Shown: one piece after another, positions 47,483-56,418 of the stretch
Numbering within the stretch: position 1 is the first letter of the stretch
Layout of the letters: each line of letters opens with the position of its first letter
Source: an uncultured bacterium
GTDB taxonomy: Bacteria; Patescibacteriota; Minisyncoccia; Phycocordibacterales; PALSA-1337
Reading direction: 5' to 3'
Assembly (NCBI GenBank): GCA_963848635.1
Contig: CAWKEA010000005.1
Span: 175,341 to 239,340, forward strand
DNA length: 64,000 bases
Notes under the pieces: model-generated
Told to the model about the DNA's origin: nothing
The model's input: the letters and a program-made list of their open reading frames with translations, nothing else
Database searches by the model: none
Position numbers and translations under genes: made by a program

Positions 47483-48775
47483 ATGTCACTATTCACAAAA
47501 GTAAAAGACAAGATAACCCACAAGGAAGGAGAAGCCGAAAGCCAAAAGCTTAAAACAGAAAGCAGAGAAGAGACAAAGAAAGACAAAGCAGACGAGCCGA
47601 CAGCGGCGGCCGATGAAAGATCGACTGAAAAAGCGCCGAAAGCGGCCAAGACGAAGAAACCCGCATCGAAAGACACGAAAGCCGCAGATGACGCGGCAAA
47701 GGCAAAAGCCGCGACGATGATGGGCAAGCTTTTGACGGAGTCGAAAACTCCCCCATCAGAAGGCGACATCATCGAGGGTCCCGTCATCAATATCGACAAG
47801 ACCGCCGTATATGTCGACCTTGCTCCGTTCGGAACCGGCATCATTTTCGGCAAGGAATTCCTGACCGCGCGCGACATCATACGGAACATAAATGTCGGCG
47901 ACACCGTAGCGGCAAAGATCGTCGGCTCGGACAATGAAGACGGCTACATCGAGCTCTCTCTCAAGGAAGCCCGCCAAGCGATCATCTGGAGCGAGGCGGA
48001 GACAGCGATCAAAAATCGCACGATCCTCAACCTGCCAGTCACGGAAGCCAACAAAGGCGGCCTCATCATACAATGGCAAGGCATATCGGGCTTTTTGCCT
48101 GCTTCCCAGCTGAAACCAGACCACTATCCGCGCGTGGCTGACGGCGACAAGGAAAAGATCTTCGATGAGCTGAAGAAGCTCGTCGGCAAGAATCTGTCGG
48201 TAGCCATCATCACCGCCAGTCCAAAGGAGGGCAAGCTCATCTTCTCGGAAAAGAGCCCCGGCGAGAAAGACAAGGAAAAGATGACCGGCAAATATGCTGT
48301 CGGCGACGAGATAGAGGGCGAAGTGACCGGCGTCGTCGATTTCGGCGCTTTCGTCAAGATCGAAGACAATCTGGAAGGCCTCGTCCACATCTCCGAGATC
48401 GATTGGTCTCTCGTCGAGAATCCGAATGCGTACGTCAAAGTCGGACAAAAGATCCGGGCCAAGATAATCGACATCAAGGACGGCAAGATCTCGCTCTCGC
48501 TCAAGGCCCTCAAGGAGAACCCATGGGTCGAAGCGGCAAAGAAATACAAGAAAGACATGAAAGTCGACGGCGTCATCATCAAATTCAACAAGCATGGCGC
48601 GCTCGCCTCGATCGAAGAAGGCGTGGCAGGCCTCGTCCATGTCTCGGAATTCGGCTCCGAGGAAAAGCTCCGAAAGAACCTCGAACTCGGCAAAGTCTAT
48701 CCGTTCAAGATAACCGTCTTCGATGCCAAGGAGCAAAAGATGGCCTTGTCGTTCGCAGGGAAAAAATCTATCTAA
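47483..48775 (+). CDS. rpsA: 30S ribosomal protein S1 with charged N-terminal extension
   Basis: Multiple S1 repeats (NKGGL, GFLPASQL, FGAFV..EGLVHISEI, GLVHVSE). Confidence 0.92.
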   Translation: MSLFTKVKDKITHKEGEAESQKLKTESREETKKDKADEPTAAADERSTEKAPKAAKTKKPASKDTKAADDAAKAKAATMMGKLLTESKTPPSEGDIIEGPVINIDKTAVYVDLAPFGTGIIFGKEFLTARDIIRNINVGDTVAAKIVGSDNEDGYIELSLKEARQAIIWSEAETAIKNRTILNLPVTEANKGGLIIQWQGISGFLPASQLKPDHYPRVADGDKEKIFDELKKLVGKNLSVAIITASPKEGKLIFSEKSPGEKDKEKMTGKYAVGDEIEGEVTGVVDFGAFVKIEDNLEGLVHISEIDWSLVENPNAYVKVGQKIRAKIIDIKDGKISLSLKALKENPWVEAAKKYKKDMKVDGVIIKFNKHGALASIEEGVAGLVHVSEFGSEEKLRKNLELGKVYPFKITVFDAKEQKMALSFAGKKSI

Positions 48776-48819
48776 ATTTCGCGAGAACTCGTCTGGAATT
48801 TTTGAAGCAAATCATAAAC

Positions 48820-48848
48820 AAAAACTGCCGATCCATGGGCAGTTTTTT
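48820..48848. terminator. Probable bidirectional terminator
   Basis: AAAAACTGCC-GATCCATG-GGCAGTTTTT. Confidence 0.65.
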
Positions 48849-48863
48849 GTTGCGCAGTCGTAA

Positions 48864-48883
48864 TGGTGCCGAGGACCAGGATC
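48864..48883 (-). repeat. Duplicated 3' end of tRNA-Phe
   Basis: TGGTGCCGAGGACCAGGATC repeats 48923-48941; only this copy ends in CCA. Confidence 0.85.
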
Positions 48884-48924
48884 CCAGACGCAGGCTGTGC
48901 CTGCTATCGGTAACTTACTATCGG

Positions 48925-48997
48925 TGCCGAGGACCAGGATCGAACTGGTGACCCTTCCCTCTTCAGGGGAATGCTCTACCAACTGAGCTACCTCGGC
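48925..48997 (-). tRNA. tRNA-Phe (GAA)
   Basis: Reverse complement GCCGAGGTAGCTCAGTTGGTAGAGCATTCCCCTGAAGAGGGAA...GTTCGATCC...CTCGGCA. Confidence 0.92.
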
Positions 48998-49013
48998 GTA
49001 TTGTATTTTACTG

Positions 49014-49325
49014 TTATTGCGATTGATACTGTTTCAGCGCGTTCTGAAGCTCCTGACCGAATGATTGGCTTTGACCCGTACTGCTTCCACCGCTCGTCTG
49101 ACTGCCGGATAAACTGCTCACATCTCCGAGGGCGCCCGTCAACGAATTGATATATGGCTGGATAAAGTAGAATGCGCCGAAAGTCAGCCCTATGATGAGC
49201 ACCCAATACAAAATTTGAAAAGTAGATTGCCAGCGCGCAGAGCGTCGCATCGATTTCAAGAGCTTGTTGTTCTCTTCGGTCAAGGCGGCGGTACGCTCCA
49301 GCAATGATCTTTCTTCGGGTGTCAT
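49014..49325 (-). CDS. Single-TM hypothetical protein
   Basis: MTPEERSLLERTAALTEENNKLLKSMRR...ILYWVLIIGLTFGAFYFIQPY; start at 49325. Confidence 0.7.
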   Translation of the reverse strand: MTPEERSLLERTAALTEENNKLLKSMRRSARWQSTFQILYWVLIIGLTFGAFYFIQPYINSLTGALGDVSSLSGSQTSGGSSTGQSQSFGQELQNALKQYQSQ

Positions 49326-49362
49326 GAGAAATAGTCTAGCAAAAGTCGTGCAAAAAGGCCAC

Positions 49363-50744
49363 TTAGGCCAAGGTGCTACCTTGACCATACGCCGCTGCCT
49401 CGCCTCCTGCAACGTAGCCCGTCGTCCAGCAGAGCTGTAGAGAATAGCCGCCGGATGGACGGTTGATATGCAAAAGGTCGCCCGTGACGAACAGGTTGTC
49501 CACGACTTTCGACGCACACGTGCGCATATCGATCTCATCGAGCGCGACGCCGCCGTCGGAAACGACGGCGCGATCATTGCCCATGAGGCCGGTGATCGTG
49601 ACAGGCAAAGCTTTGAGGAGCCGGACGAGCGTCTTGCGCTCATCACGGGTGATGCTGTGGACTTTTGTTGCAAGGTCGATCGTGCCGGATCGTCCTTTAT
49701 CATCTCCAATATGCGCATCAAAACTTTCGACTAATATCTCGACGCCTTTCGCCATGCCGGCAGGCAGGATATCGCCGAGCACGTTCTTGAGCATCTTATT
49801 CTTGTTCTGATCGAATACTGCGACGACCCTTTTCTCAAAGGTTCCGAGGTCTTCGGCAGGAAAAAGATCGATGCTCGCTGTCACCGCGCCGGACTTCAAA
49901 AGATCGGATACTTTTTTCGCGCTGTTGAGGATAAGAGGGCCCGAAAGGCCGAAATGGGTAAAAAGCAGGCGGCCTTTCTTTGAAAAGGATTTGACCCCGT
50001 CGACAAAAAAAGCTATCTTCATGTCTTCGACGGAAATACCGGCCATCTTTTTGATCCAAGCGTCGCTCACTGAGAGAGGCACGATCGAGGGAGTCGGGTC
50101 TACGACCGTATGCCCTAGTTTTCGAAGCCAGCCAAAGCCGTCGCCTGTCGAGCCAGTTTCCTTGTGCGATGCGCCGCCTGTGGCAAAAATGAACGATCTT
50201 CCATAATATTCCGTTGTGCCGCATGCGACGGAAATGATCCGGCTTTCCCGCTTTTCTTGCACGTCTGCCCTTCGCCTTCTTCCGCGTCTCGCTCATTTTG
50301 AGAGCTTAAAATATCATCGCAATTCACTCGTGTCACCGCCGAGCTTGTCTTGACTATCACTCCGCCGCCGCGCACATATCTTTCAAGGACGTCATAGACA
50401 TCTGTGGCCTTCTGGCTCTTTGGAAACGCTCGCTTGCGCTCTTCGATCACGAGGGGCAAGCCGCGCGACTCAAAGAACGAGAACGTCTCCGCGATGCCGA
50501 ATCTCGAAAATATCGAGAATAGAAATTTTCCAGCCGGGCCATAATGAGCAAGGAGCGCATGCACGTCATATTCTGCATTGGTGATGTTGCAACGGCCTCC
50601 GCCGGTTATCTTGAGCTTCTCGCCCATCTTTGAATTCTTTTCGAGGATAAGGACCCGAGCGCCGATCTCGGCCGCTCGCCCTGCGGCCATCAATCCCGAT
50701 GCGCCTCCTCCGACGACGATGACGTCATAGATGTCTTTGCTCAT
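49363..50744 (-). CDS. HI0933/BaiN-family NAD(P)/FAD-dependent oxidoreductase, frameshifted near 50260-50310
   Basis: GGGASGLMAA, KLKITGGGRCNITN in one frame; ATGG.S...TGSTGDG, LFTHFGLSGP, GGYSLQ in another. Confidence 0.88.
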
Positions 50745-50747
50745 ATG

Positions 50748-50819
50748 TGCCCCCACCAGGAATCGGACCTGGATCTTTTCCTTAGGACGGAATCGTTCTA
50801 TCCATTGAACTACAGGGGC
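50748..50819 (-). tRNA. tRNA-Arg (CCT)
   Basis: Reverse complement GCCCCTGTAGTTCAATGGATAGAACGATTCCGTCCTAAGGAA...GGTCCGATTCC...GGGGCA. Confidence 0.88.
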
Positions 50820-50905
50820 GAATTCGACTGCGGTCGAATTCGTGCCGGTAGTAGCAACTACCGGCCATGTAAATTAACCGCTGTGCTCATTTATCTATTA
50901 TCTTT

Positions 50906-51138
50906 TTACTTCCCGAGCGCAGCCGCGATGGCTTTCTCATCAAAGCCGACGATGACTGTTTCGCCGATCAGATGACCGGCACGCCCAACTGGCCGGTCTT
51001 GTCGACCATCTCCTTTCGCCTCACTTCGTCAGAGGCGACGTTGTATTCAGTGAAAGCGACGTTGTTCTTCGTGAAATAGTCCTTTGCGGCCTTGCAATAG
51101 GTGCAGGTAGGGGTTGAATATATGGTTATTGATGGCAT
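50906..51138 (-). CDS. Glutaredoxin/NrdH-like protein with a one-base deletion near 50970
   Basis: MPSITIYSTPTCTYCKAAKDYF...TGQLGVPVI, then IGETVIVGFDEKAI in shifted frame; absent from ORF track. Confidence 0.85.
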
Positions 51139-51458
51139 GATGTGGTTTGATTATTATGGCAAGCGAGGATCATGTGATTGCTTGCAAGCACAATGTCCGA
51201 GCGCAGTCATAAGAAAGTATTCTTTATGCGGTTAATTCGTCAGAGAAAGTATAGCACAAATCGATAATGGACCGGAAGCGGCGAACATGACAAACGAACA
51301 TGTTCTAGCTTTGAACCACATCTTCTGTGCCACATAGCCATCGCGATTGATAGAGATACTCTAATCAGAGTACGGGATCGATTGCTATATTTCATTCATC
51401 TTGTTATCATTCTACTGCTCAATAGAGTCATTTTTCGCTTCAATCAAAACACTAATTC

Positions 51459-54377
51459 ATGTTCATTCCCACAAAGAAACTAAAGAGGGTCTTGATTCCA
51501 GCTATCATTTTTTTTGCAGGCATATTTTCATTTATAAATCACGCGCATGCCGCACTCATCAATGCAAGCGCGGTCTTGGGCCAAGGCGGCAGTTATACCA
51601 CCGACACCGCAAACTACCCTTCGGGTAGCGTCACCCCTTATGGATTAAGCCAAACATGGAGCGTTGCTCTCGATACAGTCAATAATCGCCTGTTCGTTTC
51701 AGACTCTGGCAACAACCGCATCCTCGTCTACCCTCTTGATAGCTCCAACAATCTGACGACAACGACCCCGAGCTACGTTCTCGGTTCTTGCAACTTTACG
51801 GCTGCTGGCGCCGGCGGCGTGTCATCGACTACTTTTAGCGCAGGCGATTGGGTTAATGTAGAGTATGATTATACCAATTCTCGTCTCTTTGTTTCAGATG
51901 GCAATCATAACCGAGTACTTGGTTTCAATGTCGCAACTTCGACCATCAGCAACTGCGAGCCCGCTTCGTTCGTCGTAGGCCAAGGAAGCTTCACTTCATC
52001 TACTGCCACAACGACGCAAAACGGCCTTAACGGTCCTGATGACATGTTTTATGATCCGATAAATGGACGTTTATTTGTGTCTGATAACCCTAACAATCGC
52101 GTGATGGCCTTTAGCGTTCCCGCAAACGCCACGAGCAGTATCAACGGCGAAAACGCTATCTTTGAACTCGGTCAATCGAGCTTTTCTGGGAAAGCTACCG
52201 GCCTGTCGCAGAGCGGCCTCAATGGACCAAACGGTCTGTCGTATGATTATGTGAATTCACGCCTATTCGTCTCTGACGGCAACAATAATCGCGTGATGGC
52301 CTTTAGCGTTCCCGCAAACGCCACGAGCAGTATCAACGGCGAAAACGCTATCTTTGAACTCGGTCAGCCGGATTTTAACACAGGCACTGCTGCTACGACG
52401 CAATCAGGATTGAATCTCTCCGATGACAGCGACTGGGATTCGACGGCGAACCGTCTTTTTGTCGCCGATGCCCTAAATGCAAGGATCGTTATTTTCAATG
52501 TTCCCAACAATGCCACGAGCAGTATCAACGGCGAAAATGCTGAACAGAATATAGGTCAATCGAATTGGACGAACAAGACTGCCGGCACCGCGCAAAATCA
52601 GTTTACCTATGTCGAATCTCCTCATGCATATGATCCTGTCAATAATAAATTCTGGACATATGAATGGACGAGGAACCGCGTTCTCGAATTCAGTATGATA
52701 AAGATCACGACTGCTTCGCTCCCTTCCGCTACCGTCGGCAGTCTGTATTCTCAGACCCTCATCTCGACTTCTTCCCAAGGGACGGTCACGTGGAACCTCG
52801 CGAGCACATCCTCAAGCCTTCCCGCCGGTCTTTCCTTGAACTCTTCCACGGGAGTGATTTCAGGGACACCCACTGTCATCGGCAGTTACCCGGTGACTAT
52901 CGAAGCGGATGATAATTACACGACGGGCCCTTTCTTCTATCGACAAAATTATACGATTCAAGTCAATGCTGCGTATCCAACCGTCATTCTCACTGCAGGC
53001 CTCGCCACGTCATCCATAACTCAGACATCAGTGATCTTGAACGCTACTACAACATCGACCGGAGGCGCTTCCACCACCATCGAAGGCTTCAATATCGGCA
53101 CGACGACGAGCTATGGCACGGTAGCATCGACATCCGGAACTTTTGGTATAGGTCCTTTTTCTCAATCAGTCAGCGGTTTAACGTGCGGTACGATTTATAA
53201 TTTCCAAGCGTTTGCAACAAACTCCGGCGGAACAGGTACTTCCTCCAATATGACATTCACTACCAATCCCTGCACCTACACCCTCAGCTACGCCGCCGGA
53301 ACGAACGGCACGATATCAGGATCCTCGACCCAAGTGGTGTCGAGCGGCTCAAGCGGCAGTCCTGTCACCGCCGTGGCCAACTCCGGCTATCATTTCGTCA
53401 GCTGGTCCGACGCTTCGACCACGAATCCCCGCACCGACGCGAACGTAGCCGGCAATGTGACGGTGACGGCGAGCTTCGCTACGACCACCTACACCCTCAG
53501 CTACGCCGCCGGAACGAACGGCACGATATCAGGATCCTCGACCCAAGTGGTGTCGAGCGGCTCAAGCGGCAGTCCTGTCACCGCCGTGGCCAACTCCGGC
53601 TATCATTTCGTCAGCTGGTCCGACGCTTCGACCACGAATCCCCGCACCGACGCGAACGTAGCCGGCAATGTGACGGTGACGGCGAGCTTCGCTACGACCA
53701 CCTACACCCTCAGCTACGCCGCCGGAACGAACGGCACGATATCAGGATCCTCGACCCAAGTGGTGTCGAGCGGCTCAAGCGGCAGTCCTGTCACCGCCGT
53801 GGCCAACTCCGGCTATCATTTCGTCAGCTGGTCCGACGCTTCGACCACGAATCCCCGCACCGACGCGAACGTAGCCGGCAATGTGACGGTGACGGCGAGC
53901 TTCGCTGTGACAGATGTCACGGCACAGCAACAACAAACAACCGCTCCGAGCGTCTCATCCTCTGGCGGTTCGATCTCTGCGTCGGCTTTAGCTTCGATCC
54001 TCGCTCCAAGCCCCGCAACGACCGCCTATCTTGATTCTCTTGAAAAGCAAACTTCCAATTGTCCTCCCGGATTCATGTGCGCGCCGCTTGCAACGGCTAC
54101 GAGCACCTATCCGTCACCTATGGTTCTCCCGCTTGCCTTCACTCGGGACCTGACCATCGGTTCGATCGGCTCTGACGTAAAAGCACTCCAAATATACCTG
54201 AATCGTCACGGATCTATCCTCGCTCAGACAGGCCCCGGCTCTCCCGGGGATGAAACCGCATCCTTCGGCGTCCTCACCAGATCCGCTCTTGCCAGACTCC
54301 AGAGAGCAGATGACATATCGCCGTCCATCGGATATTTTGGCACGATCACGAGAAATTATATTCTGAAGCATCCATAA
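51459..54377 (+). CDS. Large secreted surface protein: NHL/beta-propeller repeats, Ig-like and FN3-like modules, three B-repeat-like modules, C-terminal peptidoglycan-binding-like domain
   Basis: Signal peptide (AHA), RLFVSD.NNRV repeats, LPAGLSL...GVISGTPT, ANSGYHFVSWSD x3, L.IGS.G.DVKALQ.YLN. Confidence 0.85.
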   Translation: MFIPTKKLKRVLIPAIIFFAGIFSFINHAHAALINASAVLGQGGSYTTDTANYPSGSVTPYGLSQTWSVALDTVNNRLFVSDSGNNRILVYPLDSSNNLTTTTPSYVLGSCNFTAAGAGGVSSTTFSAGDWVNVEYDYTNSRLFVSDGNHNRVLGFNVATSTISNCEPASFVVGQGSFTSSTATTTQNGLNGPDDMFYDPINGRLFVSDNPNNRVMAFSVPANATSSINGENAIFELGQSSFSGKATGLSQSGLNGPNGLSYDYVNSRLFVSDGNNNRVMAFSVPANATSSINGENAIFELGQPDFNTGTAATTQSGLNLSDDSDWDSTANRLFVADALNARIVIFNVPNNATSSINGENAEQNIGQSNWTNKTAGTAQNQFTYVESPHAYDPVNNKFWTYEWTRNRVLEFSMIKITTASLPSATVGSLYSQTLISTSSQGTVTWNLASTSSSLPAGLSLNSSTGVISGTPTVIGSYPVTIEADDNYTTGPFFYRQNYTIQVNAAYPTVILTAGLATSSITQTSVILNATTTSTGGASTTIEGFNIGTTTSYGTVASTSGTFGIGPFSQSVSGLTCGTIYNFQAFATNSGGTGTSSNMTFTTNPCTYTLSYAAGTNGTISGSSTQVVSSGSSGSPVTAVANSGYHFVSWSDASTTNPRTDANVAGNVTVTASFATTTYTLSYAAGTNGTISGSSTQVVSSGSSGSPVTAVANSGYHFVSWSDASTTNPRTDANVAGNVTVTASFATTTYTLSYAAGTNGTISGSSTQVVSSGSSGSPVTAVANSGYHFVSWSDASTTNPRTDANVAGNVTVTASFAVTDVTAQQQQTTAPSVSSSGGSISASALASILAPSPATTAYLDSLEKQTSNCPPGFMCAPLATATSTYPSPMVLPLAFTRDLTIGSIGSDVKALQIYLNRHGSILAQTGPGSPGDETASFGVLTRSALARLQRADDISPSIGYFGTITRNYILKHP
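53273..53906 (+). repeat. Three essentially identical 213-bp intragenic tandem repeats
   Basis: CACCTACACCCTCAGCTACGCC at 53273, 53486, 53699. Confidence 0.93.
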
Positions 54378-54430
54378 AAGACATTGGGTCATTTGGCAAT
54401 TGATTCGGTATTTGGCGGTACTAATGATTA

Positions 54431-54586
54431 TGTGCGAGATGCGGGAATCGGTCACAGGTCTCGCCGTGCTCGGCTCGCCCGCGACCCCGCCTCGCTCGCC
54501 TTCGCTCGCTCCGGCTTTCGATTCTCCCATCATCGTCGCAATGATGCTTCGTTCGAACAGCCCCCGGCCGTTCTCACGAATCATTG
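54431..54586 (-). repeat. tRNA-linked repeat unit (154-bp period) ending in a copy of the tRNA-Gly 3' end
   Basis: TGTGCGAGATGCGGGAATCG at 54431 and 54585; shares GAGAATCGAAAGCCGGAGC and TGTGACC with the tRNA-Leu repeat. Confidence 0.85.
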
Positions 54587-54657
54587 TGCGAGATGCGGGA
54601 ATCGAACCCGCGTTTAATGCTTGGGAAGCACTCGTTTTGCCACTAAACTAATCTCGC
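54587..54657 (-). tRNA. tRNA-Gly (CCC)
   Basis: Reverse complement GCGAGATTAGTTTAGTGGCAAAACGAGTGCTTCCCAAGCAT...GGTTCGATTCCCGCATCTCGCA. Confidence 0.92.
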
Positions 54658-54671
54658 GTTCGCCGCTTTTT

Positions 54672-55058
54672 TTAAAAGACATTTCCAAACCATTCACCGG
54701 CACTTTGCCAAAACGTCATGTGCGTCGTCGTCGCTGTGGCACTAGCCGCGCTATCAATGATGACGGCCAGCGATTCACCTGGCTTGACGATGCGAAAATC
54801 GGTGCGCATGACGGTTTCAGTGCCGGAAGCGGTCGAAAGCTCTGCGATCGACTGCGACAAATTTCCCTCCTGTGTTTTGAGGGCGTCAAACTGATCTTCG
54901 GCCTCGCTGAGACGGCTTTTTGACAGATCATATTTTTCATGGATGCTCCATGTCGCTCGAGCCAACAAGACTACCACGAGCCCGAGGACGATGATCGCCA
55001 CGGGAGAATAGAGCAGGCGCTTCGCCTTGCGTCGAGATTTGAATTGGTTTATGGCCAT
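54672..55058 (-). CDS. Septum formation initiator (FtsB/DivIC-like)
   Basis: Basic N-terminus, single TM, coiled coil, R..F.IVKPGE motif. Confidence 0.75.
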   Translation of the reverse strand: MAINQFKSRRKAKRLLYSPVAIIVLGLVVVLLARATWSIHEKYDLSKSRLSEAEDQFDALKTQEGNLSQSIAELSTASGTETVMRTDFRIVKPGESLAVIIDSAASATATTTHMTFWQSAGEWFGNVF

Positions 55059-55199
55059 AGTTTATGATTGAAGATCGATAGTTTGAATTGGGATCTTGAT
55101 ATGCGCGAGCAGAAGATTTCAAATCTACAATTTAAATCGTCAATTTCTCGATCGCTTGCGCGGACCGGCCTTTATAGTATACTACACGGCACAACAATC

Positions 55200-55313
55200 A
55201 TGCTTTTCCACAAGACAACCCGCAAGGTGCTCAACTGGACCATCATGGCTATCGGCATACTCGTCATCTTGAGCATGCTGATGCTTTATTTTCCAGCGCT
55301 CTGGCAGTCATAA
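55200..55313 (+). CDS. 37-aa single-TM peptide
   Basis: MLFHKTTRKVLNWTIMAIGILVILSMLMLYFPALWQS; TATACT upstream. Confidence 0.5.
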   Translation: MLFHKTTRKVLNWTIMAIGILVILSMLMLYFPALWQS

Positions 55314-55471
55314 TCAGATCAAACACGCGTATTTAACATGTTAGACATCTGCTGATGTCTAACAGAATAAGGCTACGAAATTCAATAAGATCGGAATTAC
55401 ACAGATTTCGTTGACTTTTTCCGAGCTTAGGTATAGCTTTTTATCAGATAACCAAACGAAAGGACTTTACA

Positions 55472-56266
55472 ATGAAAAAGAACATCGACCTCAAACCGTG
55501 ATTCAAGGATCAAAAGGCTCGTAAGATACGAGCTTCCAAAGCTAAAAAAGCTTATGAGGCCGAAATAGCAGGCCTCTTAAAATTCTATAAGAAGGCGAAA
55601 GACAAGGTGACCAAATTGATTCGTTCAGGCCAAACCACCGGCAATCGATTGACGGACGAAGTCATATTGCTGAGGGGCCTCGATGGTGACGCGATCGCCC
55701 GAATCAATGCATTCAGTGCAGATTGGTCCCTCGGCCAGGAGGTCTTGATCAGTGTACCGCGACTAAAGTGCACCAGGCATGTATTCATACCCACACCGGG
55801 ACACGATAATGAGTACGTCACTTTGATCGGCTACATATATGGAATTCCGTCGGGCGAAGGCATCATGGTCAATGGGAAGGGCAAAGAGCATCCAGCGGGA
55901 TTTGAAATCATCCTGCCCTTCAAACGCTATGTCATGTGGGACTTCGAACATATGAATACGGTCACCCCCGCCGAAGGACCGTTGGTTGTTGATGGAAACA
56001 TATTTGTCAGTCCAAGCGCTGAAAGATTGCTTGATGCCATCATTTCGGACGGAACACCCATATCGCTCGAGAAAATCGAGAAAAGAATGTTGCATCGATC
56101 GGATATTTTGACACCGGAAATTAAAATAACGATCATCAGCAAGGATAAAGACAGGCTTCCTGCTGAACACCGCGGAGAGACGCAGACGCATACGGCTCTC
56201 GAACACGGGCGTCGGGAAATCCAGGAATCAACGCCAGGCGAAAAGATCGCCGGCGGAGGCATCTGA
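55472..56266 (+). pseudogene. Hypothetical protein interrupted by in-frame TGA at codon 10
   Basis: SD GAAAGGA, ATG 55472, TGA 55499-55501, frame then stays open into ORF 55607-56266. Confidence 0.6.
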
Positions 56267-56317
56267 AATTCAGAAATAAACTGCCTCGCAGCAAGCTGCG
56301 GAGTAGTTACTCGTTTG

Positions 56318-56385
56318 TTCCGTCGTCGCTCGGACGTTGTGTACGAGAATACTCGTCCACACGTTCCTCGCTAGCCGGAATAAAA
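56318..56385 (-). repeat. About 70-bp structured dispersed repeat, copy 2
   Basis: Reverse complement matches 44036-44104. Confidence 0.85.
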
Positions 56386-56418
56386 GCTTCCTCAGAGAGT
56401 TCCGCAAGGGACTCTTTT

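Noticed and set aside
55499-55501. Genetic code 25 (TGA as Gly)
   Set aside because: udg, recR, topA, uvrB and others end at TGA at the expected positions, and conserved genes have no internal TGA.
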